64,000 nt of DNA from Heteronotia binoei. Lineage: Eukaryota. The stretch spans positions 126,418,001 through 126,482,000 of the forward strand of contig NC_083231.1 of assembly GCF_032191835.1 (NCBI RefSeq), written 5' to 3'. Under the pieces are notes generated by a model, which was given only the letters and a program-made list of their open reading frames with translations, made no database searches and was not told the origin of the DNA. How positions within the stretch are numbered: the first letter of the stretch is position 1; every line of letters starts with the position of its first letter. Positions 1-12,323 of this stretch are shown one piece after another. The translations under genes and the position numbers were made by a program.

Positions 1-117
1 AAAGTCTCACCCCATCCTCCAAGATGGGGTTGGGCAGGTAAATTGCTGGAAACTTCCTAAAGGTAGCACCACAAAATGCTCAGGTGGCATCCTTCAAGCC
101 TGGAATGAATTTTTGAG

Positions 118-512
118 AGGACGGTGGCTTAGTGGTAGAGCATTTGCTCAGAAAGCAGAAGGTCCCTGGTTCAATCTCCAGCATCTCCAACTAAAGAAGT
201 CCAGGCATGGAGGCGTGAAAAACCTCAGCTTGGGACCCTGAGAGACAGTCTGAGTAGACAAGACTGACTTTGATGGACCGAAGAGGGTCTGATTCAGTAG
301 AAGGCGGCTTCATGTGTAGAGGGAGGGATAATGGCTCAGTCGTAGAGCATCTGCTTGGTAAGGTTCAATCCTGGCATCTGCAACTAAAAAAGGGTCCAGG
401 CAAATAGGCATGGAAAAACCTCAGCTGGAGACCCTGGAGAGCGGCTGCCAGTGAGTTGACAAGACTGACCGGGGGGGGGGGGGGTCTGATGCAGTAGAAG
501 GCAGCTTCCTAT
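118..512 (+). mobile_element. Tandem pair of tRNA-derived SINEs (Squam3-like), copy A
   Basis: A-box-like tggcttagtgg/tggctcagtcg and B-box-like ggttcaatc heads, each followed by a body ending gggtctgattcagtagaaggcggcttc. Family name from memory. Confidence 0.7.
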
Positions 513-556
513 GAGACCAGGCGTGGCTAGGCGACCCTCATGCAGGGCCCACTCAC

Positions 557-994
557 CGCATTGCAAGAGGTCAGCAAGTTGACGACGTTGTGGTCGAAGT
601 GCGTGACGTGGTTGGCGATGTAGACGCGGGCGCGGAGGCCGTGCTGCCGAGGCTGGCTCTGCCGCACCAGGAGGCCGAGCACGGAGCACATCACCCGCAC
701 GACAAACCTGCGGAGGGCGCAGTCCGGAGGGCGCAGCTGACGAGGAAGACGTGCAGGCCGAGGAAGAGGCGCAGCAGCAGCAGGCACAGCCCCACCGGCG
801 CGTAGAGCAGCAGCGACAGCAGCAGCAGCCCCGTCGCTCGGCAGCCTGCAGGGGGGAGAGGGCGGGCGCGCGCTTAGAGCGGGGGGGGGGGGAGGCGGCG
901 CGCGCCCGCGGGGGAGGGAGGGGGGCTCACCGGTGGGAGTCGAAGAGGCGGTCCGGCCGGGGGCGCGGGGGCGGGCGTGCGGGGAGGCCTCCAT
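557..994 (-). pseudogene. AUP1: AUP1 exons 1 (931-994) and 2 (557-845), copy A, frameshifted as assembled
   Basis: Same sequence as 11642-12080, but exon 1 is 64 nt instead of 65 and exon 2 has compensating +1/-1 indels. Probably a redundant assembly copy rather than a true pseudogene. Confidence 0.75.
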
Positions 995-1461
995 GGCGTC
1001 CGGCCGCTCCCTCCCTCCCTCCGTCTCCCGCCTTCCCGGCCTCAGGGCCAGGCGGAGGCCCGCTCAGCCCCTGCCGCCATCTTGGCCGCGCCTGCGCAGA
1101 CGAGGGAGCGCCGTTTCCGGGCCGCCCGGAGAAAGGGCGGGGCCTCCTTCCTCCGCGGCACGGGCTCCTCTTCCCGGCAGGCCTTGCGCGGCGGCCGGCA
1201 CTTCCGGCCCCCAGGCGAGGAGGAGGAGCGGGCGATGCGGCGCGGTGGGCGCTGCGGGCGGGGGTGGCGGCGGGGCGGGGCTGGGGCTGGGGGCGGGGCT
1301 GGGCGGGCGCGGGGGGGGCGGCGGCGGCCGTGCTGGTGGGCGGGGACGGGGAGGGGCGCCCCGTGGGGATCACGCCCCTCCCCGCGAGGCACCTTCAACT
1401 TCATCGCCGACGTGGCCGAGAAGACCGCCCCCGCCCTCGTCTACGTGGAGATCCTGGGCAG

Positions 1462-2690
1462 GTGAGGGAGGGGGAGGAGAGGAGAGGGGCCCCCAAGCAG
1501 AGCCCCCAGCGCCCCCTCCCCCGTCTCCATGGAGATCCTGAGCGGGGGGGGGAGTGGGAGGAGAGGCCCCCCCAAGCAGAGCCCCCAGCGCCCCCTCCCC
1601 CGTCTCCATGGAGATCCTGAGCGGGGGGGGAGGGGGAGGAGAGGGGCCCCCCAGGACCCCCTCCCCTTGTCTCTATGGAGAGCCTGAGCGGGGGGGGGGA
1701 GGGGGAGGAGAGGGGGCCCCCCAGCGCCCCCTCCCCCCGTCTCCATGGAGATCCTGAGCAGGGGGGGAGGGGGAGGAGAGCCCCCCCAAGCAGAGCCCCC
1801 AGCGCCCCCTCCCCCGTCTCCATGGAGATCCTGAGCAGGGGGGGAGGGGGAGGAGAGGCCCCCCCAAGCAGAGCCCCCAGCGCCCCCTCCCCCGTCTCCA
1901 TGGAGATCCTGAGCGGGGGGGGAGGGGGAGGAGAGGGGCCCCCCAGGACCCCCTCCCCTTGTCTCTATGGAGAGCCTGAGCGGGGGGGGAGGGGGGAGGA
2001 GAGGGGCCCCCCAGCGCCCCCTCCCCCCGTCTCCATGGAGATCCTGAGCGGGGGGGGGAGGAGAGGGGCCCCCCAGCGCCCCCTCCCCCGTCTCCATGGA
2101 GATCCTGAGCGGGGGGGGAGGAGAGGGGCCCCCCAGCGCCCCCTCCCCCGTCTCCATGGAGATCCTGAGCGGGGGGGGGAGGGGAGGAGAGGGCCCCCCA
2201 GAACCCCTCCCCCCGTCTCCATGGAGATCCTGAGCAGATGGGGGAGGGGGAGGAGAGGGCCCCCCAGCACCCCCTCCCCCCCATCTCCATGGAGATCCTG
2301 AGCGGGGGGAGGAGAGGGGCCCCCCAGCGCCCCCTCCCCCCGTCTCCATGGAGATCCTGAGCGGGGGGGGAGGGGGAGGAGAGGGCCCCCCCAGAACCCC
2401 TCCCCCCCGTCTCCATGGAGATCCTGAGCAGATGGGGGAGGGGGAGGAGAGGGCCCCCAGCACCCCCTCCCCCATCTCCATGGAGATCCTGGGCAGGGGA
2501 GGGAGGGGGAGGAGAGGAGAGGGGCCCCCAGCACCCCCCCCCCTCTCCATGGAGAGCCTGAGCAGGTGGGGGAGGAGAGGGGCCCCCCAGCACCCCCCAT
2601 CTCCATGGAGATCCTGAGCAGGGGAGGGAGGGGAAGGAGAGGGGCCCCCCAGACCCCCTCCCCCCCCGCCCCGTCTCCATGGAGATCCTG
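1462..2690 (+). repeat. Minisatellite in HTRA2 intron 1 (copy A), ~60-80 bp units, ~18 copies
   Basis: Recurrent core gtctccatggagatcctgagc flanked by C-runs and G-runs. Confidence 0.95.
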
Positions 2691-3043
2691 CATGGGATGG
2701 AGAACGTAGAGAAAGAAGTCCTTTTCTCCCTTTCTCACAATACAAGAACTCGTGGGCATTCGATGAAATTGCTGAGCAGTCGGGTTAGAATGGATAGAAG
2801 GAAGTACTTCTTCACCCAAAGGGTGATTAACATGTGGAATTCACTGCCACAGGAGGTGGCGGCCGCAAGCATAGCCACCTTCAAGAGGGGTTAGATAAAA
2901 ATATGGAGCACTGGTCCATCAGTGGCTATTAGCCACAGTGTGTGTGTATATATAAAATTTTTTGCCCCTGTGTGACACAGATGTGTTGGACTGGATGGGC
3001 CATTGGCCTCATCCAACATGGCTTCTCTTATGTTCTTATGTTC
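2691..3043 (+). mobile_element. CR1 LINE 3' fragment (copy A)
   Basis: Encodes [27 protein letters not shown]...[14 protein letters not shown] (CR1 ORF2 C-terminus) and ends in a ttcttatgttcttatg octamer tail. Confidence 0.92.
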
Positions 3044-4495
3044 AGCACAGCTTTCTAAAGGGGACAGAAAGATGAATGGGACAGAGGAGCCTGATGCTAC
3101 TGTAGGCCACTCAGCAGCCCCCTTTGCTCTGAGGCAAGACACCATTGGCTAGCCAGCCCCAACCCTCCTGAGCAGCCAGCAGCTGCACCCAGCAGCTCTG
3201 AACTCACTTGCAGGTGGAGCAAAGGAGCACAAGACAGGCCTCACTCACGCTCCTCCTCCTCCACCCCTCGCGGGCCTGCTGGCCTGGCCTGTGGAAGCAC
3301 CTTTTGCCGGGGGCCTCCGGCGTCTCCCCTCCTCCCTTGGGACGCACCATCGCCCTCTTCTCTTGTCGCCCTAGGCATCCCTTCTCGGGGCGGGGAGCTG
3401 CCCATCTCCAACGGCTCTGGCTTTGTGGTGTCTGCAGATGGCCTCATTGTGACCAACGCTCACGTCGTGGCCAACCGCAGGCGGGTGAGGGTGAGGCTGG
3501 CCAGTGGGGAGCTCTACAACGCTGTCGTGCGGCAGGTCGACCAGGTCGCTGACATCGCCACCATCAAGATCGACCCCAAGGTGCCAGGGGGCAAGGGCTT
3601 TTGCAACCCCCCAGGCACAGGCAGACCCCCAGATCCCTCAAGCTTCACACGCAGTGGGAGGCAGCTGTTCTGTGAGTGAGCCGATCTGAGCGGGTATTCC
3701 CGGTTCTAGACAGCGGATTGATCCAGAGATGCTCCAAAGCACTCCCCCAAAGGCCTCTTTGTGTTGCCTCAGTGGGGGGGGTGGTTGGAAGGAAGTGCTT
3801 GCCAAGGCAAGGTGCCACCCTAGGTGTCTGTCTCTTCCTCTCCCCACAGCACCCTTACCCACCTTGCCCTTGGGCCGCTCTTCCGAGGTGCGCCAGGGGG
3901 AGTTTGTGGTGGCCATGGGCAGTCCTTTTGCCCTCCAGAACACCGTTACGTCTGGCATCGTCAGCTCAGTCCAGCGAGGAGGGCGGGAACTAGGCCTGGC
4001 CGCCTCGGACATGGAGTACATCCAGACAGATGCTGCCATCGACGTGAGGCCCCTCTGGATCCTCTCCCTGGGCTGGGGAGGGGATTGGAAGGGGCTGGGA
4101 CCTTTCTCCGCAAGGGCTTTGGCCACTTGGGCCCTTCGGGAGCTCCTACTCAGGATACCTTTCTCCCCCCCCTTCTCCTCCACAGTTTGGGAACTCTGGT
4201 GGCCCTCTGGTCAACCTGGTAAGTGTTCCGGGTTCTGCTGCATGGGAGAGGCAGGGGGCCCCTGGGGGCCCCGGAGGGCTTCTGCCTCTTCCTTGTGGCT
4301 GCTTGGGGATGGGGAGGGGATGGCCTTCCCTCTCGAGGGCCTCCTGGGGCAGATGGCGGTTTAGTTCCCAGCCTTCTTCCTGCCTTCTGGGCTGCAGGGG
4401 TCCCCCCTCCCCCTTCTGGTGCAGTCGGAGTTGCAGACAGCTGCCAGGGTGACTTTGTCCTCTCCTAGGATGGCGAGGTGATTGGCGTCAACACT

Positions 4496-4595
4496 NNNNN
4501 NNNNNNNNNNNNNNNNNNNNNNNNNNNNNNNNNNNNNNNNNNNNNNNNNNNNNNNNNNNNNNNNNNNNNNNNNNNNNNNNNNNNNNNNNNNNNNN
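4496..4595. other. Assembly gap (100 N)
   Basis: Exactly 100 N, typical of a fixed-size scaffolding gap. Confidence 1.
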
Positions 4596-5010
4596 AAATC
4601 TGCTGGGCGAGGGGAAGGACTGGCCTGTCTGCCTGAGACCCTGCAGAGCCATTGCCAGGCTGAGTGGACCATGATGGACCAAGGAGGGGGGTCTGATTCA
4701 GTATGAAGCAGCTTCAGGGGGACCCACCTAGACCGACTGATGATACTGGATTCATACCCCGCCCTATACTCTGAATCTCAAGAGCAGTCACCATCTCCTT
4801 TACTTCTCCCCCAACAGACACCCTGTGAGGTGGGTGGGGCTAAGAGGGCTCCCCCAGCAGCTACCCTTTCAAGGACAACCCCTACAAGAGCTGTGGCTGA
4901 CCCAGGGCCATTCCAGCAGGTGCAAGTGGAGGAGTGGGGAATCAAACCTGGCCCTCTGCACTTCACTACTACACCAAACTCCTCTCTGTGGAGGAGCCCT
5001 GGCTCAGTGG
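4596..5010. mobile_element. SINE fragments (Squam3-like 3' part, then Squam2-like on the minus strand)
   Basis: 4596-4715 resembles the SINE body at 11300-11400. 4735-4950 resembles the element at 42267-42554 (cagacaccctgtgaggtgggtgggg...gcaggtgcaagtggaggagtggggaatcaaacc). Confidence 0.7.
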
Positions 5011-5919
5011 AACAGCCTTTGCTTGGGCAGCTCCCGGTCTCACCCCCAGCCTGATGGAAAAGACCACTGCCCGCCACTCTGGAGGGGTGCTTCCAGTCTG
5101 GGTAGACAATACTGACCGCGATGGCTCGCAGGGGCTGCCTGGGGGGCTCCAAGTGTTCAGCCCTGTGGCCGCCGCCTCCTCCTGGCCAGCCCCTCGATGG
5201 TGGCACTTCCTCCCTCTGATGGGACTGCAGTCTGTGCTCACCCCAACCCCACTATCGGAAAATCACCTGAGAGGGTGGAGGGATCAGAGGGGGGATACCC
5301 CAAAGGGCCCTCTCGCCAGCACCCCGAGAAGACCGGGTGAGCAGCACACAGGGAAGCCCCTCTTCCTTCTCCTGGCCTCCACCCATTGGGCAGGACTTCC
5401 TCTCTTGCCCCCACTTCGTTCTTCACTCACAGTTCTCCGTTCTGGCTGAAACCCAAGGTGGATCAACTTGGTATAAAATGGTGTAAAATCAAAGAGCACG
5501 AGAGACCGGGGGCCTGCCAGCCTCCATGGAGCAGGGGGCAACGCACTTGCATGGATCCCACCCCCACGACAGTTGTCCTTTCCATTGAATCCTCACCACC
5601 ACCTGTGAGGTAGGCTTGGCTGAGTGTGTGTGGCTGACTCAAGGCCACTCGTCCAGCTGGCAGGGCAGGGCAGGGCAGAAGGGGGTTCATACCTGGAGCT
5701 TCCAGATCTGAGACCAACACAACAGCCCCTGTGCAGACCCCGCCAGAGGCTCCCGAGCAAGACAGACTCTGCCCTCCCGCCCTCCCTAGAAGGCAGCTTC
5801 CCCAGCAGGCCTGGAGTATTGGCCTGGTCGAGTAGCAGGTTCGCAAGGACCCCTCAGCAGGGCTCAGCTGTAGCACTCAAAGGAGCTGCTCCCACGCACA
5901 CACGAGAAAGTGAGTCATT

Positions 5920-5925
5920 TTTATT
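5920..5925 (-). terminator. Probable AUP1 polyadenylation signal AATAAA
   Basis: tttatt on the plus strand, ~210 nt past the AUP1 stop codon. Confidence 0.65.
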
Positions 5926-6133
5926 TTGATAGCGAAAGCCTCCCCCCCCCGGCTCCAGGGCCCCCCAGTGCTGTGCTGAGTCCAGGGCCCGGAGCGAAAG
6001 CGCAGGTGGGCTGGGATCAGCCCGGGACACATGGAGTTGGAGTAGCCACAGGTTGCTCATCGTCCACGGCAGCCCTCCACGCCCATAGCCGCCACTGCCC
6101 GTTGCCAAGTCCAGAAGAAGTTGCATGATCTGC

Positions 6134-9100
6134 TCAGCGGTTCCCCTGGCTCTGGGGCATCCCGTATTTCTCTGTGTATTTCCTGCGGAGGCAAGGGAAG
6201 CCTGAGGCAGTGCCCAGCAGAGCCAGCCAGCCAGTCTGCCCTGCCCAAGCACCACAAGCCCTCCTTGCCCCCTCCAGCCTCACCTCCTGGCGTAGTCAAA
6301 GAGCGCCCGCTTCCGGTCCTGCAGGGAGAGGTGCCTGGCCTCCGGGGACCTGGCAAACACCTTCAGGGGCAGCTGCAACCACAGAGAGAGAGAGAGAGAG
6401 AGAGAGGAGAAGAGGGAGGGAGTCACCCCCTTGCCCTAGTGCATGCTTGCTTTCTCCTCCTCCCCCCACCCGAAGGCGGTCTGCACGTACCGCAGCTGGA
6501 GGAGGAGCCGCAGGGGGCTGAGCACTGGAGACGGATGGGCCAAGCAAGGAGGGCTCCTCTTCTGCCTCGCTGGGGGTGAAGGGAACCCGCCCCTCCAGCA
6601 GGTTGGCAATGGTGGCGTCCACGCAGTTTGTCTGGGCTGGGGAGAGAGGCAGGCCATATGTGAGAGGCAGGGCGAAGGGGAAAAACCAACAACCCTGGGC
6701 CAGACTTCCTCCAAGCGTGGTGGCTCTTGGATCTGGAGTATCAAATTGATTCCTCTTCCAGATCACCTCCAACGGACTTTAAACATCCCCCGCCGCCAGC
6801 CTCCTCCTGGGTTTAAATTAACACTGAATTAATGGACTATATTGATCCTTTATCCTCATTATGTGGTTTTATTATGGGATGCTGCTTATACAAGTTTTTC
6901 CGGAGAGCAGTGGGGTTTAAGTCTTCTCCAAAAACTAACACTGAAATTCAGCGACACCGCACCAATACAAGCAATGCTTATTCTGACACAAACTTTGGCG
7001 AGACAGTGGTCATGTAACCAGGCATTGGAAAGGTAGACTGAGGGACCCTCCTGCACACCTGATCAAGTGAGGCCTGACTCAGGAGAACTCCAGTGGACCA
7101 AGTCCTGCATTTAAGGTGGCTCCCGCCTAGTTCTGCTGCAAAAGACTAACGCAGTCACCTATGTGGAAATCAGCTGGTTTATGCCGCCTTCCAACTCACT
7201 CTGTCTTGCCTTACTGACGCTTTCCTTGCTCTGCAATGCCCAGGAGGGAACCTTGAGCTCCACCTTTCAGTCACCAATCTGCAGCAGCCCCCCTCCCACA
7301 CCCTCCCAGCATCCACTCACTCACCCAAGTCTTTGCGAATGACTGCCAGGGGCACGTGAGGCAGAACTTCCTTGACACGCTGAGCCATGCCTGTCAAGTG
7401 GGGTGTATCCTCCGTGGGGGGTGAGCTGGAGAAAGCCTGAGGCCGGGCTGCCAAGGGCTGACTTGGGACTGGGAAAGAGAGAGATGGGTGAAACACAAGT
7501 GTTTGCTGAAGGTCCCACCTCCAGGGCAATTCTGGGGCGCAGCCACCTTCCTCCCTTTCTGGGACCGCTTGCCACAGGCAGAGTGAAGTTGTCACTAACA
7601 TCCTCTCCTGGGGAAAAATCCACCCCCCCCCCACTTCTACAAGCCAGAGCACAGATGGGGCTAGCAAGGCCAGGCCCGTGGGATGACCATGTTGATGGGC
7701 GCAGTGGGAAGAATGGCTCAGTTGAGGGCTGGAGGACCGTGGCCCACCTGGGGCATAGGGAGTTGGAGGGCCGTAGCTCACCTGGGGCATAGGGGGCTGG
7801 AGGGCCATGGCTCACCTGGGGCATAGGGGGCTGGAGGGCCATGGCTCACCTGTGGCATAGGGGGCTGGAGGGCCGTGGCTCACCTGGGGCATAGGGAGCT
7901 GGAGGGCCGTGGCTCACCTGGCGCGTAGAGGGCTGGAGGGCTGTGGCTCACCTGGGGCATAGGGAGCTGGAGGGCCGTGGCTCACCCCACCTGGGGCATA
8001 GGGGGCTGGAGGGCTGCGGCTCACCTGGGGGATAGGAGGCTGGAGGGCTGCGGCTCACCTGGGGGATAGGAGGCTGGAGGGCCGTGGCTGACCTGGGGCA
8101 TAGGAGGCTGGAGGGCTGTGGTTCACCTGCAGCATATGGGGCTGGAGCGCTGTGGCTCACCTGGGGCATATGGGGCTGGAGGGCTGTGGCTCACCTGGGC
8201 ATAGGGGGCTGGAGGGCTGTGGCTCACCTAGAGCATAGGGGGCTGGAGGGCTGTGGCTCACCTGGGGCATAGGGGGCTGCTGTGGCTCACCTGGGGCATA
8301 GGAGGCTGGAAGGCTGTGGTTCACCTGCGGCATATGGGGCTGGAGGGCTGTGGCTCTCCTGGGGCATATGGGGCCGGAGGGCTGTGGCTCACCTGGGGCA
8401 TAGGGGGCTGGAGGGCCGTGGCTCACCTGGGGCATAGGGGGCTGGAGGGCTGTGGCTCACCTGGGGCATAGGGGGCTGTGGCTCACCTAGGGCATAGGGG
8501 GCTGGAGGGCCGTGGCTCACGTGGGGCATAGGGGGCTGCTGTGGCTCACCTGGGGCATAGGAGGCTGGAGGGCTGTGGTTCACCTGCGGCATATGGGGCT
8601 GGAGGGCTGTGGCTCTCCTGGGGTCTGGAAGGCTGTGGCTCACCTGGGGCATAGGGGTCTGGAAGGCTGTGGCTCACCTGGGGCATAGGGGGCTGGAGGG
8701 CTGTGGCTCACCTAGGGCATAGAGGGCTGGAGGGCCATGGCTCACCTGGGGCATAGAGGGCTGCTGTGGCTAACCTGGGGCATAGGAGGCTGGAGGGCTG
8801 TGGTTCACCTGCGGCATATGGGGCTGGAGGGCTGTGGCTCTCCTGGGGCATATGGAGCCGTAGGGCTGTGGCTCACCTGGGGCATAGGGGGCTGTTGTGG
8901 CTCACCTGGGGCATAGGGGTCTGGAGGGCTGTGGCTCACTTAGGGCATAGGGGGCTGGAGGGCCGTGGCTCACCTGGGGCATAGGGGTCTGGAAGGCTGT
9001 GGCTCACCTAGGGCATAGGGGGCTGGCGGGCCATGGCTCACCTGGGGCATAGGGGGCTGGAGGGCCGTGGATCACCTGGGGCATAGGGGGCTGGAGGGCT

Positions 9101-12080
9101 GTGGGTCTCCTGGGGCATATGGGGCCGGAGGGTCGTGGCTCACCTGGGGCATAGGGGTCTGGAGGGCTGTGGCTCACCTGGGGCATAGGGAGCTGGAGGG
9201 CTGTGGCTCACCTCACCTGGGGCATAGGGGGCTGGAGGGCTGCGGCTCACCTGGGGGATAGGAGGCTGGAGGGCCGTGGCTCACCTGGGGCATAGGGGGC
9301 TGGAGGGCTGTGGCTCACCTGGGCATAGGGGGCTGGAGGGCTGCGGCTCACCTGGGGGATAGGAGGCTGGAGGGCCGTGGCTCACCTGGGGCATAGGGGG
9401 CTGGCGGGCCGTGGCTCACCTCACCTGGGGCATAGGGGGTTGGAGGGCCGTGGCTCACCTGGGGCATAGGGGGCTGGAGGGCTGCGGCTCACCTGGGGGA
9501 TAGGAGGCTGGAGGGCCGTGGCTCACCTGGGGCATAGGGGGCTGGCGGGCCGTGGCTCACCTCACCTGGGGCATAGGGGGTTGGAGGGCCGTGGCTCACC
9601 TGGGGCATAGGGGGCTGGAGGGCTGCGGCTCACCTGGGGGATAGGAGGCTGGAGGGCCGTGGCTCACCTGGGGCATAGGGGGTTGGAGGGCCGTGGCTCA
9701 CCTGGGGCATAGGGGGCTGGAGGGCCGTGGCTCACCTGGGGCATAGGGGGCTGGAGGGCCGTGGCTCACCTGGGGCATAGGGGGTTGGAGGGCTGTGGCG
9801 CAGTCGCTTCAGGTGCTCTGCTTTGTCAGCAGCAGTGAGCCGTGTTGACACCACATCAAGCTCCAAGGCCAGGAGCTGCAAGAGGCACAGAGATCAATGG
9901 GGAGGCTCCCTGTCCAGAGGAGCCCCCCCTGTCAACATCCCTGACACCAACCGTGGGGGGCCCCAGCCGGTAGGATGCTGTGGAATACGAGGGCAGCGAA
10001 CACCATAGTCCCATGGCTGCCATGGGGAAACCCCACCCTGGGCTTCAGTCCTTACCTCTTGGACTCGAAGAGCCAGCTCCTCCCGCGTCTCTTCAGCTCG
10101 CCTGCAGACGGAAGGGAGCCACCTGCACCAGGCCAAGAAAAAAGCCCAAATGAAGACGGGGCAACAAGCTGGCTCTCCTTCTCCCTACTGGCATAAAGGG
10201 GCCCTTCTTTTAAAGGACAACAGAGCTGCCTCCAAACACTCCTCCTCCCACCCCCAAAGAATGACAGAGAACTAGTACCTTACTTGATAAATGGTGAAGG
10301 GAACAAAGAAAGTCCAGAGCAGCTCAGTAACCCAGGAGGCATCCGCTGTGCTCTTCAAAGAGAAAGGGAAAGGAAACTATAAAAAGCCCCGGGGAACCTG
10401 TGGCCGGCACACAACCCTGTTGGGATAAGGGTGGAGCAGCGCCCCCCCCCCCAAGACTCATTGTGGCAGAACACTTTGCAAAAAAAAGGAAAGACCCGAA
10501 TATGCGCAACGCAGGACAGGAGTGAAAGTACAACGCTAGCCCCTCTCCCTCCCCCCTAAAGCACTCACCACGGCAACAAAGGGCCTCTGCACTTGCAGGG
10601 CCACTGGCTGGACCACATCCAAGATGGAGAACGGCCACGTGCTGGAAAGGGAACAGCCCGGTCAGCAAGGCCAGGCCTGGAGAGAGGCAAGCCTATGGGC
10701 AGCACCCGCCCCTCCTGCTCGCTGCTCCCCCAGCCCACCTGAAGCGCAGAAGCCCCACCCTCCCGTTGGTGGTGGTCTCCTCAGGGAAGAGCAGCAGAGG
10801 CGGGTTGCCTCCGTGGGAGGAGTAGGCCTTCAAGGACTCCAGGAGCTCTGCTCGGCTGCCCGTGCTCCCCACCTCCAGGAAGCCACGGGACCAGCAAATG
10901 AACCCAGAGGCTCCGTTCAGCATCGGCTGTTGGAGAAGAGAGAGAGACACAGAAGGCAAGAATGTAAAGCCTGAGAAACACCACCCACCCATCCTCCAGG
11001 TATCCAGAGGCCAATGAGGGAAGACAGCTCTTGGGTGCCCGGAAGCAGCCCCAAGATAACTGATGGTTCAGCTGCTACCAAAAAGTCTCACCCCATCCTC
11101 CAAGATGGGGTTGGGCAGGTAAATTGCTGGAAACTTCCTAAAGGTAGCACCACAAAATGCTCAGGTGGCATCCTTCAAGCCTGGAATGAATTTTTGAGAG
11201 GGACGGTGGCTTAGTGGTAGAGCATTTGCTCAGAAAGCAGAAGGTCCCTGGTTCAATCTCCAGCATCTCCAACTAAAAGAAGTCCAGGCATGGAGGCGTG
11301 AAAAACCTCAGCTTGGGACCCTGGAGAGACAGTCTGAGTAGACAAGACTGACTTTGATGGACCGAAGAGGGTCTGATTCAGTAGAAGGCGGCTTCATGTG
11401 TAGAGGAGGGATAATGGCTCAGTCGTAGAGCATCTGCTTGGTAAGGTTCAATCCCTGGCATCTGCAACTAAAAAAGGGTCCAGGCAAATAGGCATGGAAA
11501 AACCTCAGCTGGAGACCCTGGAGAGCGGCTGCCAGTGAGTTGACAAGACCGACTTGGGGGGGGGGGGGGTCTGATGCACTAGAAGGCAGCTCCCTATGAG
11601 ACCAGGTGTGGCTAGGCGACCCTCATGCAGGGCCCACTCACCGCATTGCAAGAGGTCAGCAAGTTGACGACGTTGTGGTCGAAGTGCGTGACGTGGTTGG
11701 CGATGTAGACGCGGGCGCGGAGGCCGTGCTGCCGAGGCTGGCTCTGCCGCACCAGGAGGCCGAGCACGGAGCACATCACCCGCACGACAAACCTGCGGAG
11801 GGCGCAGTCCGGGAGGGCGCAGCTGACGAGGAAGACGTGCAGGCCGAGGAAGAGGCGCAGCAGCAGCAGGCACAGCCCCACCGGCGCGTAGAGCAGCAGC
11901 GACAGCAGCAGCAGCCCGTCGCTCGGCAGCCTGCAGGGGGGAGAGGGCGGGCGCGCGCTTAGAGCGGGGGGGGGGGAGGCGGCGCGCGCCCGCGGGGGGA
12001 GGGAGGGGGGCTCACCGGTGGGAGTCGAAGAGGCGGTCCGGGCCGGGGGGCGCGGGGGCGGCGTGCGGGGAGGCCTCCAT
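6134..12080 (-). CDS. AUP1: Ancient ubiquitous protein 1 (lipid droplet/ER protein; acyltransferase-like, CUE and G2BR domains), 11 coding exons, 429 aa
   Basis: Exons 12080-12016, 11930-11642, 10926-10739, 10641-10569, 10352-10279, 10122-10056, 9875-9770, 7468-7325, 6636-6491, 6372-6284 and 6182-6134. All are GT-AG, phases are compatible and they total 1290 nt. Motifs GPDRLFDSHR, NHVTHFDH, LLFPEETTTNGR, MAQRVKEVLPHVP (CUE) and LSLQDRKRALFDYARR (G2BR) match recalled vertebrate AUP1. Confidence 0.96.
6383..6406. repeat. (AG)n microsatellite forming the polypyrimidine tract of AUP1 exon 10
   Basis: agagag run, which reads (CT)n on the AUP1 strand just upstream of the acceptor at 6372. Confidence 0.9.
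7726..9800 (-). repeat. 34-bp minisatellite in AUP1 intron 7, ~60 copies, starting inside exon 7
   Basis: Unit ggctcacctggggcatagggggctggagggccgt on the plus strand. On the gene strand each unit contains CCAG|GTGAGC. Confidence 0.95.
11199..11596 (+). mobile_element. Tandem pair of tRNA-derived SINEs (Squam3-like) in AUP1 intron 2
   Basis: Two head-to-tail copies with A/B-box-like heads (tggcttagtggtagagc...ggttcaatctcc). Confidence 0.72.
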
Positions 12081-12323
12081 GGCGTCCGGCCGCTCCCTCC
12101 CTCCCTCCGTCTCCCGCCTTCCCGGCCTCAGGGCCAGGCGGAGGCCCGCTCAGCCCCTGCCGCCATCTTGGCCGCGCCTGCGCAGACGAGAGAGCGCCGT
12201 TTCCGGGCCGCCCGGAAGGGGCGGGGCCTCCTTCCTCCGCGGCACGGGCTCCCTTCCCGGCAGGCCTTGCGCGGCGGCCGGCACTTCCGGCCCCCAGGCG
12301 AGGAGGAGGAGGAGGAGCGGGCG
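12081..12323. promoter_or_regulatory. Bidirectional AUP1/HTRA2 CpG promoter
   Basis: 243 bp between divergent ATGs. YY1-type gccgccatcttg at 12159-12170, NRF1-type gcgcctgcgca at 12174-12184 and ETS/GABPA-type cacttccgg at 12282-12290. Confidence 0.8.

Larger units (their letters stand above)
1..4495. other. Duplicate copy A of 11082-15727 (AUP1 exons 1-2 plus HTRA2 exons 1-5), ending at an assembly gap
   Basis: Base 1 (aaagtctcaccccatcc) matches 11082 and base 4495 (ggcgtcaacact) matches 15727. Differences are mostly 1-nt homopolymer indels, a few non-coding substitutions and VNTR length. Confidence 0.95.
1235..4495 (+). pseudogene. HTRA2: HTRA2 exons 1-5 (partial), copy A, frameshifted and cut off by the gap
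   Basis: Exons 1235-1461, 3375-3580 (206 vs 205 nt), 3850-4043 (194 vs 195 nt), 4186-4218 and 4469-4495. Homopolymer indels relative to copy B. Confidence 0.75.

Noticed and set aside
557-4495. A genuine paralogous HTRA2/AUP1 pseudogene pair
   Set aside because: The indel-dominated differences and the end exactly at a 100-N gap favour an assembly artefact; kept as a finding to test rather than as a gene.
4596-5900. Possible start of DQX1, the expected neighbour downstream of AUP1
   Set aside because: No DEAH-helicase-like peptide is recognisable; the region is mostly SINE fragments and unique non-coding sequence.
6780-7250. Lower-GC stretch in AUP1 intron 8 considered as an intronic snoRNA
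   Set aside because: No convincing C/D or H/ACA box arrangement with terminal stems.
11199-11290. tRNA-like sequences (also at 118, 330, 11410, 42480-42554 and 42860)
   Set aside because: These are A/B-box heads of SINEs that continue into SINE bodies, with no complete cloverleaf.
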